64,000 nucleotides of DNA from Auanema rhodensis. Its lineage: Eukaryota > Animalia > Nematoda. The stretch lies in the NCBI GenBank assembly GCA_964057225.1, contig CAXKVF010000101.1:1-64000 (forward strand). Direction: 5' to 3'. Shown piece after piece: positions 38,194 to 51,000 of this stretch. The notes beneath the pieces were generated by a model. The model had not been told where the DNA came from and searched no databases. It saw only the letters and a list, made by a program, of their open reading frames with translations. The stretch's first letter is position 1; each line of letters opens with the position of its first letter. The translations under genes were made by a program, and so were the position numbers.

Positions 38194-40129
38194 TCCATAT
38201 TAGTCTAAAAACAAATTTTTATTAATATTGGTGCATGGTAACCATGACTTTGAATTTTACGTGAACTTTAATTTATGCTAATTAAATGTACACGTGATGT
38301 GCACTTGGTATGTAACTCGCTTCACGTGAAAGATAAAGAGATGCGGTTTTCAAAATTAGATTCCCCATGTCCATATTAGTCTAAAAACAAATTTTTATTG
38401 ATATTGGTTCATGGTAACCATGACTTTGAAATTTACGTGAACTTTAATTTATGCTAATTAAATGTACACGTGATGTGCACTTGGTATGTAACTCGCTTCA
38501 CGTGAAAGATAAAGAGATGCGGTTTTCAAAATTAGATTCCCCCTGTCCATATTAGTCTAAAAACAAATTTTTATTGATATTGCTTCATGGTAACCATGAC
38601 TTTGAAATTTACGTGAACTTTAATTTATGCTAATTAAATGTACACGTGATGTGCACTTGGTATGTAACTCGCTTCACGTGAAAGATAAAGAGATGCGGTT
38701 TTCAAAATTAGATTCCCCATGTCCATATTAGTCTAAAAACAAATTTTTATTGATATTAGTTCATGGTAACCATGACTTTGAAATTTACGTGAACTTTAAT
38801 TTATGCTAATTAAATGTACACGTGATGTGCACTTGGTATGTAACTCGCTTCACGTGAAAGATAAAGAGATGCGGTTTTCAAAATTAGATTCCCCATGTCC
38901 ATATTAGTCTAAAAACAAATTTTTATTGATATTGGTTCATGGTAACCATGACTTTGAATTTTACGTGAACTTTAATTTATGCTAATTAAATGTACACGTG
39001 ATGTGCACTTGGTATGTAACTCGCTTCACGTGAAAGATAAAGAGATGCGGTTTTCAAAATTAGATTCCCCATGTCCATATTAGTCTAAAAACAAATTTTT
39101 ATTGATATTAGTTCATGGTAACCATGACTTTGAAATTTACGTGAACTTTAATTTATGCTAATTAAATGTACACGTGATGTGCACTTGGTATGTAACTCGC
39201 TTCACGTGAAAGATAAAGAGATGCGGTTTTCAAAATTAGATTCCCCATGTCCATATTAATCTAAAAACAAATTTTTATTGATATTGGTTCATGGTAACCA
39301 TGACTTTGAAATTTACGTGAACTTTAATTTATGCTAATTAAATGTACACGTGATGTGCACTTGGTATGTAACTCGCTTCACGTGAAAGATAAAGAGATGC
39401 GGTTTTCAAAATTAGATTCCCCATGTCCATATTAGTCTAAAAACAAATTTTTATTGATATTGGTTCATGGTAACCATAACTTTGAAATTTACGTGAACTT
39501 TAATTTATGCTAATTAAATGTACACGTGATGTGCACTTGGTATGTAACTCGCTTCACGTGAAAGATAAAGAGATGCGGTTTTCAAAATTAGATTCCCCAT
39601 GTCCATATTAGTCTAAAAACTAATTTTTATCGATATTGGTTCATGGTAACCATGACTTTGAAATTTACGTGAACTTTAATTTATGCTAATTAAATGTACA
39701 CGTGATGTGCACTTGGTATGTAACTCGCTTCACGTGAAAGATAAAGAGATGCGGTTTTCAAAATTAGATTCCCCATGTCCATATTAGTCTAAAAACAAAT
39801 TTTTATTGATATTGGTTCATGGTAACCATGACTTTGAAATTTACGTGAACTTTAATTTATGCTAATTAAATGTACACGTGATGTGCACTTGGTATGTAAC
39901 TCGCTTCACGTGAAAGATAAAGAGATGCGGTTTACAAAATTAGATTCTCCATGTCCATATTAGTCTAAAAACAAATTTTTATTGATATTGGTTCATGGTA
40001 ACCATGACTTTGAAATTTACGTGAACTTTAATTTATGCTAATTAAATGTACACGTGATGTGCACTTGGTATGTAACTCGCTTCACGTGAAAGATAAAGAG
40101 ATGCGGTTTTCACAATTAGATTCCCCATG

Positions 40130-43100
40130 TCCATATTAGTCTAAAAACAAATTTTTATTGATATTGGTTCATGGTAACCATGACTTTGAAATTTACGTGA
40201 ACTTTAATTTATGCTAATTAAATGTACACGTGATGTGCACTTGGTATGTAACTCGCTTCACGTGAAAGATAAAGAAATGCGGTTTTCAAAATTAGATTCC
40301 CCATGTCCATATTAGTCTAAAAACAAATTTTTATTGATATTGGTTCATGGTAACCATGACTTTGAATTTAACGTGAACTTTAATTTATGCTAATTAAATG
40401 TACACGTGATGTGCACTTGGTATGTAACTCGCTTCACGTGAAAGATAAAGAGATGCGGTTTTCAAAATTAGATTCCCCATGTCCATATTAGTCTAAAAAC
40501 AAATTTTTATTGATATTGGTGCATGGTAACCATGACTTTGAAATTTACGTGAACTTTAATTTATGCTAATTAAATGTACACGTGATGTGCACTTGGTATG
40601 TAACTCGCTTCACGTGAAAGATGAAGAGATGCGGTTTTCAAAATTAGATTCCCCATGTCCATATTAGTCTAAAAACAAATTTTTATGATATTGGTTCATG
40701 GTAACCATGACTTTGAAATTTACGTGAACTTTAATTTATGCTAATTAAATGTACACGTGATGTGCACTTGGTATGTAACTCGCTTCACGTGAAAGATAAA
40801 GAGATGCGGTTTTCAAAATTAGATTCCCCATGTCCATATTAGTCTAAAAACAAATTTTTATTGATATTGGTTCATGGTAACCATGACTTTGAAATTTACG
40901 TGAACTTTAATTTATGCTAATTAAATGTACACGTGATGTGCACTTGGTATGTAACTCGCTTCACGTGAAAGATAAAGAGATGCGGTTCTCAAAATTAGAT
41001 TCACCATGTCCATATTAGTCTAAAAACAAATTTTTATTGATATTGGTTCATGGTAACCATGACTTTGAATTTAACGTGAACTTTAATTTATGCTAATTAA
41101 ATGTACACGTGATGTGCACTTGGTATGTAACTCGCTTCACGTGAAAGATAAAGAGATGCGGTTTTCAAAATTAGATTCCCCATGTCCATATTAGTCTAAA
41201 AACAAATTTTTATTGATATTGGTGCATGGTAACCATGACTTTGAAATTTACGTGAACTTTAATTTATGCTAATTAAATGTACACGTGATGTGCACTTGGT
41301 ATGTAACTCGCTTCACGTGGAAGATAAAGAGATGCGGTTTTCAAAATTAGATTCCCCATGTCCATATTAGTCTAAAAACAAATTTTTATTGATATTGGTT
41401 CATGGTAACCATGACTTTGAAATTTACGTGAACTTTAATTTATGCTAATTAAATGTACACGTGATGTGCACTTGGTATGTAACTCGCTTCACGTGAAAGA
41501 TAAAGAGATGCGGTTTTCAAAATTAGATTCCCCATGTCCATATTAGTCTAAAAACAAATTTTTATTGATATTGGTTCATGGTAACCATGACTTTGAAATT
41601 TACGTGAACTTTAATTTATGCTAATTAAATGTACACGTGATGTGCACTTGGTATGTAACTCGCTTCACGTGAAAGATAAAGAGATGCGGTTTTCAAAATT
41701 AGATTCCCCATGTCCATATTAGTCTAAAAACAAATTTTTATTGATACTAGTTTATGGTAACCAAGACTTTGAAATATACGTGAACTTTAATTTATGCTAA
41801 TTAAATGTACACGTGATGTGCACTTGGTATGTAACTCGCTTCACGTGAAAGATAAAGAGATGCGGTTTTCAAAATTAGATTCCCCATGTCCATATTAGTC
41901 TAAAAACAAATTTTTATTGATATTGGTTCATGGTAACCATGACTTTGAAATTTACGTGAACTTTAATTAATGCTAATTAAATGTACACGTGATGTGCACT
42001 TGGTATGTAACTCGCTTCACGTGAAAGATAAAGAGATGCGGTTTTCAAAATTAGATTCCCCATGTCCATTTTAGTCTAAAAACAAATTTTTATTGATATT
42101 GGTTCATGGTAACCATGACTTTGAAATTTACGTGAACTTTAATTTATGCTAATTAAATGTACACGTGATGTGCACTTGGTATGTAACTCGCTTCACGTGA
42201 AAGATAAAGAGATGCGGTTTTCAAAATTAGATTCACCATGTCCATATTAGTCTAAAAACAAATTTTTATTGATATTGGTTCATGGTAACCATGACTTTGA
42301 AATTTACGTGAACTTTAATTTATGCTAATTAAATGTACACGTGATGTGCACTTGGTATGTAACTCGCTTCACGTGAAAGATAAAGAGATGCGGTTTTCAA
42401 AATTAGATTCCCCATGTCCATATTAGTCTAAAAACAAATTTTTATTGATATTGGTGCATGGTAACCATGACTTTGAATTTAACGTGAACTTTAATTTATG
42501 CTAATTAAATGTACACGTGATGTGCACTTGGTATGTAACTCGCTTCACGTGAAAGATGAAGAGATGCGGTTTTCAAAATTAGATTCCCCATGTCCATATT
42601 AGTCTAAAAACAAATTTTTATTGATATTGGTTCATGGTAACCATGACTTTGAAATTTACGTGAACTTTAATTTATGCTAATTAAATGTACACGTGATGTG
42701 CACTTGGTATGTAACTCGCTTCACGTGAAAGATAAAGAAATGCGGTTTTCAAAATTAGATTCCCCATGTCCATATTAGTCTAAAAACAAATTTTTATTGA
42801 TATTGGTTCATGGTAACCATGACTTTGAATTTAACGTGAACTTTAATTTATGCTAATTAAATGTACACGTGATGTGCACTTGGTATGTAACTCGCTTCAC
42901 GTGAAAGATAAAGAGATGCGGTTTTCAAAATTAGATTCCCCATGTCCATATTAGTCTAAAAACAAATTTTTATTGATATTGGTGCATGGTAACCATGACT
43001 TTGAAATTTACGTGAACTTTAATTTATGCTAATTAAATGTACACGTGATGTGCACTTGGTATGTAACTCGCTTCACGTGAAAGATGAAGAGATGCGGTTT

Positions 43101-45056
43101 TCAAAATTAGATTCCCCATGTCCATATTAGTCTAAAAACAAATTTTTATTGATATTGGTTCATGGTAACCATGACTTTGAAATTTACGTGAACTTTAATT
43201 TATGCTAATTAAATGTACACGTGATGTGCACTTGGTATGTAACTCGCTTCACGTGAAAGATAAAGAGATGCGGTTTTCAAAATTAGATTCCCCATGTCCA
43301 TATTAGTCTAAAAACAAATTTTTATTGATATTGGTTCATGGTAACCATGACTTTGAAATTTACGTGAACTTTAATTTATGCTAATTAAATGTACACGTGA
43401 TGTGCACTTGGTATGTAACTCGCTTCACGTGAAAGATAAAGAGATGCGGTTCTCAAAATTAGATTCACCATGTCCATATTAGTCTAAAAACAAATTTTTA
43501 TTGATATTGGTTCATGGTAACCATGACTTTGAATTTAACGTGAACTTTAATTTATGCTAATTAAATGTACACGTGATGTGCACTTGGTATGTAACTCGCT
43601 TCACGTGAAAGATAAAGAGATGCGGTTTTCAAAATTAGATTCCCCATGTCCATATTAGTCTAAAAACAAATTTTTATTGATATTGGTGCATGGTAACCAT
43701 GACTTTGAAATTTACGTGAACTTTAATTTATGCTAATTAAATGTACACGTGATGTGCACTTGGTATGTAACTCGCTTCACGTGGAAGATAAAGAGATGCG
43801 GTTTTCAAAATTAGATTCCCCATGTCCATATTAGTCTAAAAACAAATTTTTATTGATATTGGTTCATGGTAACCATGACTTTGAAATTTACGTGAACTTT
43901 AATTTATGCTAATTAAATGTACACGTGATGTGCACTTGGTATGTAACTCGCTTCACGTGAAAGATAAAGAGATGCGGTTTTCAAAATTAGATTCCCCATG
44001 TCCATATTAGTCTAAAAACAAATTTTTATTGATATTGGTTCATGGTAACCATGACTTTGAAATTTACGTGAACTTTAATTTATGCTAATTAAATGTACAC
44101 GTGATGTGCACTTGGTATGTAACTCGCTTCACGTGAAAGATAAAGAGATGCGGTTTTCAAAATTAGATTCCCCATGTCCATATTAGTCTAAAAACAAATT
44201 TTTATTGATACTAGTTTATGGTAACCAAGACTTTGAAATATACGTGAACTTTAATTTATGCTAATTAAATGTACACGTGATGTGCACTTGGTATGTAACT
44301 CGCTTCACGTGAAAGATAAAGAGATGCGGTTTTCAAAATTAGATTCCCCATGTCCATATTAGTCTAAAAACAAATTTTTATTGATATTGGTTCATGGTAA
44401 CCATGACTTTGAAATTTACGTGAACTTTAATTAATGCTAATTAAATGTACACGTGATGTGCACTTGGTATGTAACTCGCTTCACGTGAAAGATAAAGAGA
44501 TGCGGTTTTCAAAATTAGATTCCCCATGTCCATTTTAGTCTAAAAACAAATTTTTATTGATATTGGTTCATGGTAACCATGACTTTGAAATTTACGTGAA
44601 CTTTAATTTATGCTAATTAAATGTACACGTGATGTGCACTTGGTATGTAACTCGCTTCACGTGAAAGATAAAGAGATGCGGTTTTCAAAATTAGATTCAC
44701 CATGTCCATATTAGTCTAAAAACAAATTTTTATTGATATTGGTTCATGGTAACCATGACTTTGAAATTTACGTGAACTTTAATTTATGCTAATTAAATGT
44801 ACACGTGATGTGCACTTGGTATGTAACTCGCTTCACGTGAAAGATAAAGAGATGCGGTTTTCAAAATTAGATTCCCCATGTCCATATTAGTCTAAAAACA
44901 AATTTTTATTGATATTGGTGCATGGTAACCATGACTTTGAAATTTACGTGAACTTTAATTTATGCTAATTAAATGTACACGTGATGTGCACTTGGTATGT
45001 AACTCGCTTCACGTGAAAGATAAAGAGATGCGGTTTTCAAAATTAGATTCCCCATG
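40130..45056 (+). repeat. Tandem duplication of a 14-monomer (2464-bp) block
   Basis: Five-substitution monomer at 41747 and 44211; G147A, T156C+C171A, A136G, T81A and A6T all repeat at the same offset. Confidence 0.92.
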
Positions 45057-48000
45057 TCCATATTAGTCTAAAAACAAATTTTTATTAATATTGGTTCATG
45101 GTAACCATGACTTTGAAATTTACGTGAACTTTAATTTATGCTAATTAAATGTACACGTGATGTGCACTTGGTATGTAACTCGCTTCACGTGAAAGATAAA
45201 GAGATGCGGTTTTCAAAATTAGATTCACCATGTCCATATTAGTCTAAAAACAAATTTTTATTGATATTGGTTCATGGTAACCATGACTTTGAATTTAACG
45301 TGAACTTTAATTTATGCTAATTAAATGTACACCTGATGTGCACTTGGTATGTAACTCGCTTCACGTGAAAGATAAAGAGATGCGGTTTTCAAAATTAGAT
45401 TCCCCATGTCCATATTAGTCTAAAAACAAATTTTTATTGATATTGGTGCATGGTAACCATGACTTTGAAATTTACGTGAACTTTAATTTATGCTAATTAA
45501 ATGTACACGTGATGTGCACTTGGTATGTAACTCGCTTCACGTGAAAGATGAAGAGATGCGGTTTTCAAAATTAGATTCCCCATGTCCATATTAGTCTAAA
45601 AACAAATTTTTATTGATATTGGTGCATGGTAACCATGACTTTGAAATTTACGTGAACTTTAATTTATGCTAATTAAATGTACACGTGATGTGCACTTGGT
45701 ATGTAACTCGCTTCACGTGAAAGATAAAGAGATGCGGTTTTCAAAATTAGATTCCCCATGTCCATATTAGTCTAAAAACAAATTTTTATTGATATTGGTG
45801 CATGGTAACCATGACTTTGAAATTTACGTGAACTTTAATTTATGCTAATTAAATGTACACGTGATGTGCACTTGGTATGTAACTCGCTTCACGTGAAAGA
45901 TAAAGAGATGCGGTTTTCAAAATTAGATTCCCCATGTCCATATTAGTCTAAAAACAAATTTTTATTGATATTGGTTCATGGTAACCATGACTTTGAAATT
46001 TACGTGAACTTTAATTTATGCTAATTAAATGTACACGTGATGTGCACTTGGTATGTAACTCGCTTCACGTGAAAGATAAAGAGATGCGGTTTTCAAAATT
46101 AGATTCACCATGTCCATATTAGTCTAAAAACAAATTTTTATTGATATTGGTTCATGGTAACCATGACTTTGAATTTAACGTGAACTTTAATTTATGCTAA
46201 TTAAATGTACACGTGATGTGCACTTGGTATGTAACTCGCTTCACGTGAAAGATAAAGAGATGCGGTTTTCAAAATTAGATTCCCCATGTCCATATTAGTC
46301 TAAAAACAAATTTTTATTGATATTGGTGCATGGTAACCATGACTTTGAAATTTACGTGAACTTTAATTTATGCTAATTAAATGTACACGTGATGTGCACT
46401 TGGTATGTAACTCGCTTCACGTGAAAGATAAAGAGATGCGGTTTTCAAAATTAGATTCCCCATGTCCATATTAGTCTAAAAACAAATTTTTATTGATATT
46501 GGTGCATGGTAACCATGACTTTGAAATTTACGTGAACTTTAATTTATGCTAATTAAATGTACACGTGATGTGCACTTGGTATGTAACTCGCTTCACGTGA
46601 AAGATAAAGAGATGCGGTTTTCAAAATTAGATTCCCCATGTCCATATTAGTCTAAAAACAAATTTTTATTGATATTGGTTCATGGTAACCATGACTTTGA
46701 AATTTACGTGAACTTTAATTTATGCTAATTAAATGTACACGTGATGTGCACTTGGTATGTAACTCGCTTCACGTGAAAGATAAAGAGATGCGGTTTTCAA
46801 AATTAGATTCCCCATGTCCATATTAGTCTAAAAACAAATTTTTATTGATATTGGTTCATGGTAACCATGACTTTGAAATTTACGTGAACTTTAATTTATG
46901 CTAATTAAATGTACACGTGATGTGCACTTGGTATGTAACTCGCTTCACGTGAAAGATAAAGAGATGCGGTTTTTAAAATTAGATTCCCCATGTCCATATT
47001 AGTCTAAAAACAAATTTTTATTGATATTGGTTCATGGTAACCATGACTTTGAAATTTACGTGAACTTTAATTTATGCTAATTAAATGTACACGTGATGTG
47101 CACTTGGTATGTAACTCGCTTCACGTGAAAGATAAAGAGATGCTGTTTTCAAAATTAGATTCCCCATGTCCATATTAGTCTAAAAACAAATTTTTATTGA
47201 TATTGGTGCATGGTAACCATGACTTTGAAATTTACGTGAACTTTAATTTATGCTAATTAAATGTACACGTGATGTGCACTTGGTATGTAACTCGCTTCAC
47301 GTGAAAGATGAAGAGATGCGGTTTTCAAAATTAGATTCCCCATGTCCATATTAGTCTAAAAACAAATTTTTATTGATATTGGTTCATGGTAACCATGACT
47401 TTGAAATTTACGTGAACTTTAATTTATGCTAATTAAATGTACACGTGATGTGCACTTGGTATGTAACTCGCTTCACGTGAAAGATAAAGAGATGCGGTTT
47501 TCAAAATTAGATTCCCCATGTCCATATTAGTCTAAAAACAAATTTTTATTGATATTGGTTCATGGTAACCATGACTTTGAAATTTACGTGAACTTTAATT
47601 TATGCTAATTGAATGTACACGTGATGTGCACTTGGTATGTAACTCGCTTCACGTGAAAGATAAAGAGATGCGGTTTTCAAAATTAGATTCACCATGTCCA
47701 TATTAGTCTAAAAACAAATTTTTATTGATATTGGTTCATGGTAACCATGACTTTGAATTTAACGTGAACTTTAATTTATGCTAGTTAAATGTACACGTGA
47801 TGTGCACTTGGTATGTAACTCGCTTCACGTGAAAGATAAAGAGATGCGGTTTTCAAAATTAGATTCCCCATGTCCATATTAGTCTAAAAACAAATTTTTA
47901 TTGATATTGGTGCATGGTAACCATGACTTTGAAATTTACGTGAACTTTAATTTATGCTAATTAAATGTACACGTGATGTGCACTTGGTATGTAACTCGCT

Positions 48001-51000
48001 TCACGTGAAAGATAAAGAGATGCGGTTTTCAAAATTAGATTCCCCATGTCCATATTAGTCTAAAAACAAATTTTTATTGATATTGGTGCATGGTAACCAT
48101 GACTTTGAAATTTACGTGAACTTTAATTTATGCTAATTAAATGTACACGTGATGTGCACTTGGTATGTAACTCGCTTCACGTGAAAGATAAAGAGATGCG
48201 GTTTTTAAAATTAGATTCCCCATGTCCATATTAGTCTAAAAACAAATTTTTATTGATATTGGTTCATGGTAACCATGACTTTGAATTTTACGTGAACTTT
48301 AATTTATGCTAATTAAATGTACACGTGATGTGCACTTGGTATGTAACTCGCTTCACGTGAAAGATAAAGAGATGCGGTTTTCAAAATTAGATTCCCCATG
48401 TCCATATTAGTCTAAAAACAAATTTTTATTGATATTGGTGCATGGTAACCATGACTTTGAAATTTACGTGAACTTTAATTTATGCTAATTAAATGTACAC
48501 GTGATGTGCACTTGGTATGTAACTCGCTTCACGTGAAAGATAAAGAGATGCGGTTTTTAAAATTAGATTCCCCATGTCCATATTAGTCTAAAAACAAATT
48601 TTTATTGATATTGGTTCATGGTAACCATGACTTTGAATTTTACGTGAACTTTAATTTATGCTAATTAAATGTACACGTGATGTGCACTTGGTATGTAACT
48701 CGCTTCACGTGAAAGATAAAGAGATGCGGTTTTCAAAATTAGATTCCCCATGTCCATATTAGTCTAAAAACAAATTTTTATTGATATTGGTGCATGGTAA
48801 CCATGACTTTGAAATTTACGTGAACTTTAATTTATGCTAATTAAATGTACACGTGACGTGCACTTGGTATGTAACTCGCTTCACGTGAAAGATAAAGAGA
48901 TGCGGTTTTCAAAATTAGATTCCCCATGTCCATATTAGTCTAAAAACAAATTTTTATTGATATTGGTGCATGGTAACCATGACTTTGAAATTTACGTGAA
49001 CTTTAATTTATGCTAATTAAATGTACACGTGATGTGCACTTGGTATGTAACTCGCTTCACGTGAAAGATAAAGAGATGCGGTTTTCAAAATTAGATTCCC
49101 CATGTCCATATTAGTCTAAAAACAAATTTTTATTGATATTGGTTCATGGTAACCATGACTTTGAAATTTACGTGAACTTTAATTTATGCTAATTAAATGT
49201 ACACGTGATGTGCACTTGGTATGTAACTCGCTTCACGTGAAAGATAAAGAGATGCGGTTTTCAAAAGTAGATTCCCCATGTCCATATTAGTCTAAAAACA
49301 AATTTTTATTGATATTGGTTCATGGTAACCATGACTTTGAAATTTACGTGAACTTTAATTTATGCTAATTAAATGTACACGTGATGTGCACTTGGTATGT
49401 AACTCGCTTCACGTGAAAGATAAAGAGATGCGGTTTTCAAAATTAGATTCACCATGTCCATATTAGTCTAAAAACAAATTTTTATTGATATTGGTTCATG
49501 GTAACCATGACTTTGAATTTAACGTGAACTTTAATTTATGCTAATTAAATGTACACGTGATGTGCACTTGGTATGTAACTCGCTTCACGTGAAAGATAAA
49601 GAGATGCGGTTTTCAAAATTAGATTCCCCATGTCCATATTAGTCTAAAAACAAATTTTTATTGATATTGGTGCATGGTAACCATGACTTTGAAATTTACG
49701 TGAACTTTAATTTATGCTAATTAAATGTACACGTGATGTGCACTTGGTATGTAACTCGCTTCACGTGAAAGATAAAGAGATGCGGTTTTTAAAATTAGAT
49801 TCCCCATGTCCATATTAGTCTAAAAACAAATTTTTATTGATATTGGTTCATGGTAACCATGACTTTGAATTTTACGTGAACTTTAATTTATGCTAATTAA
49901 ATGTACACGTGATGTGCACTTGGTATGTAACTCGCTTCACGTGAAAGATAAAGAGATGCGGTTTTCAAAATTAGATTCCCCATGTCCATATTAGTCTAAA
50001 AACAAATTTTTATTGATATTGGTGCATGGTAACCATGACTTTGAAATTTACGTGAACTTTAATTTATGCTAATTAAATGTACACGTGATGTGCACTTGGT
50101 ATGTAACTCGCTTCACGTGAAAGATAAAGAGATGCGGTTTTTAAAATTAGATTCCCCATGTCCATATTAGTCTAAAAACAAATTTTTATTGATATTGGTT
50201 CATGGTAACCATGACTTTGAATTTTACGTGAACTTTAATTTATGCTAATTAAATGTACACGTGATGTGCACTTGGTATGTAACTCGCTTCACGTGAAAGA
50301 TAAAGAGATGCGGTTTTCAAAATTAGATTCCCCATGTCCATATTAGTCTAAAAACAAATTTTTATTGATATTGGTGCATGGTAACCATGACTTTGAAATT
50401 TACGTGAACTTTAATTTATGCTAATTAAATGTACACGTGATGTGCACTTGGTATGTAACTCGCTTCACGTGAAAGATAAAGAGATGCGGTTTTCAAAATT
50501 AGATTCCCCATGTCCATATTAGTCTAAAAACAAATTTTTATTGATATTGGTGCATGGTAACCATGACTTTGAAATTTACGTGAACTTTAATTTATGCTAA
50601 TTAAATGTACACGTGATGTGCACTTGGTATGTAACTCGCTTCACGTGAAAGATGAAGAGATGCGGTTTTCAAAATTAGATTCCCCATGTCCATATTAGTC
50701 TAAAAACAAATTTTTATTGCTATTGGTTCATGGTAACCATGACTTTGAAATTTACGTGAACTTTAATTTATGCTAATTAAATGTACACGTGATGTGCACT
50801 TGGTATGTAACTCGCTTCACGTGAAAGATAAAGAGATGCGGTTTTCAAAATTAGATTCCCCATGTCCATATTAGTCTAAAAACAAATTTTTATTGATATT
50901 GGTTCATGGTAACCATGACTTTGAAATTTACGTGAACTTTAATTTATGCTAATTAAATGTACACGTGATGTGCACTTGGTATGTAACTCGCTTCACGTGA

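Larger units (their letters stand above)
31858..39249 (+). repeat. Satellite variant domain A, second block
   Basis: Abrupt return of G38C, A174C, A62C, G37A and C172T in the same order as 15314-20241. Confidence 0.85.
15314..50512 (+). repeat. Tandem macro-duplication: copy 1 ~15314-31857 (94 monomers), copy 2 ~31858-50512 (~106 monomers)
   Basis: Collinear series of rare variants shared by the two copies: T94A, G10A, G53A, A20T+T30C, T157A+C171T, G147A, T156C, A136G, the five-substitution monomer, T81A, A6T, G152T, A88G. Confidence 0.9.
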
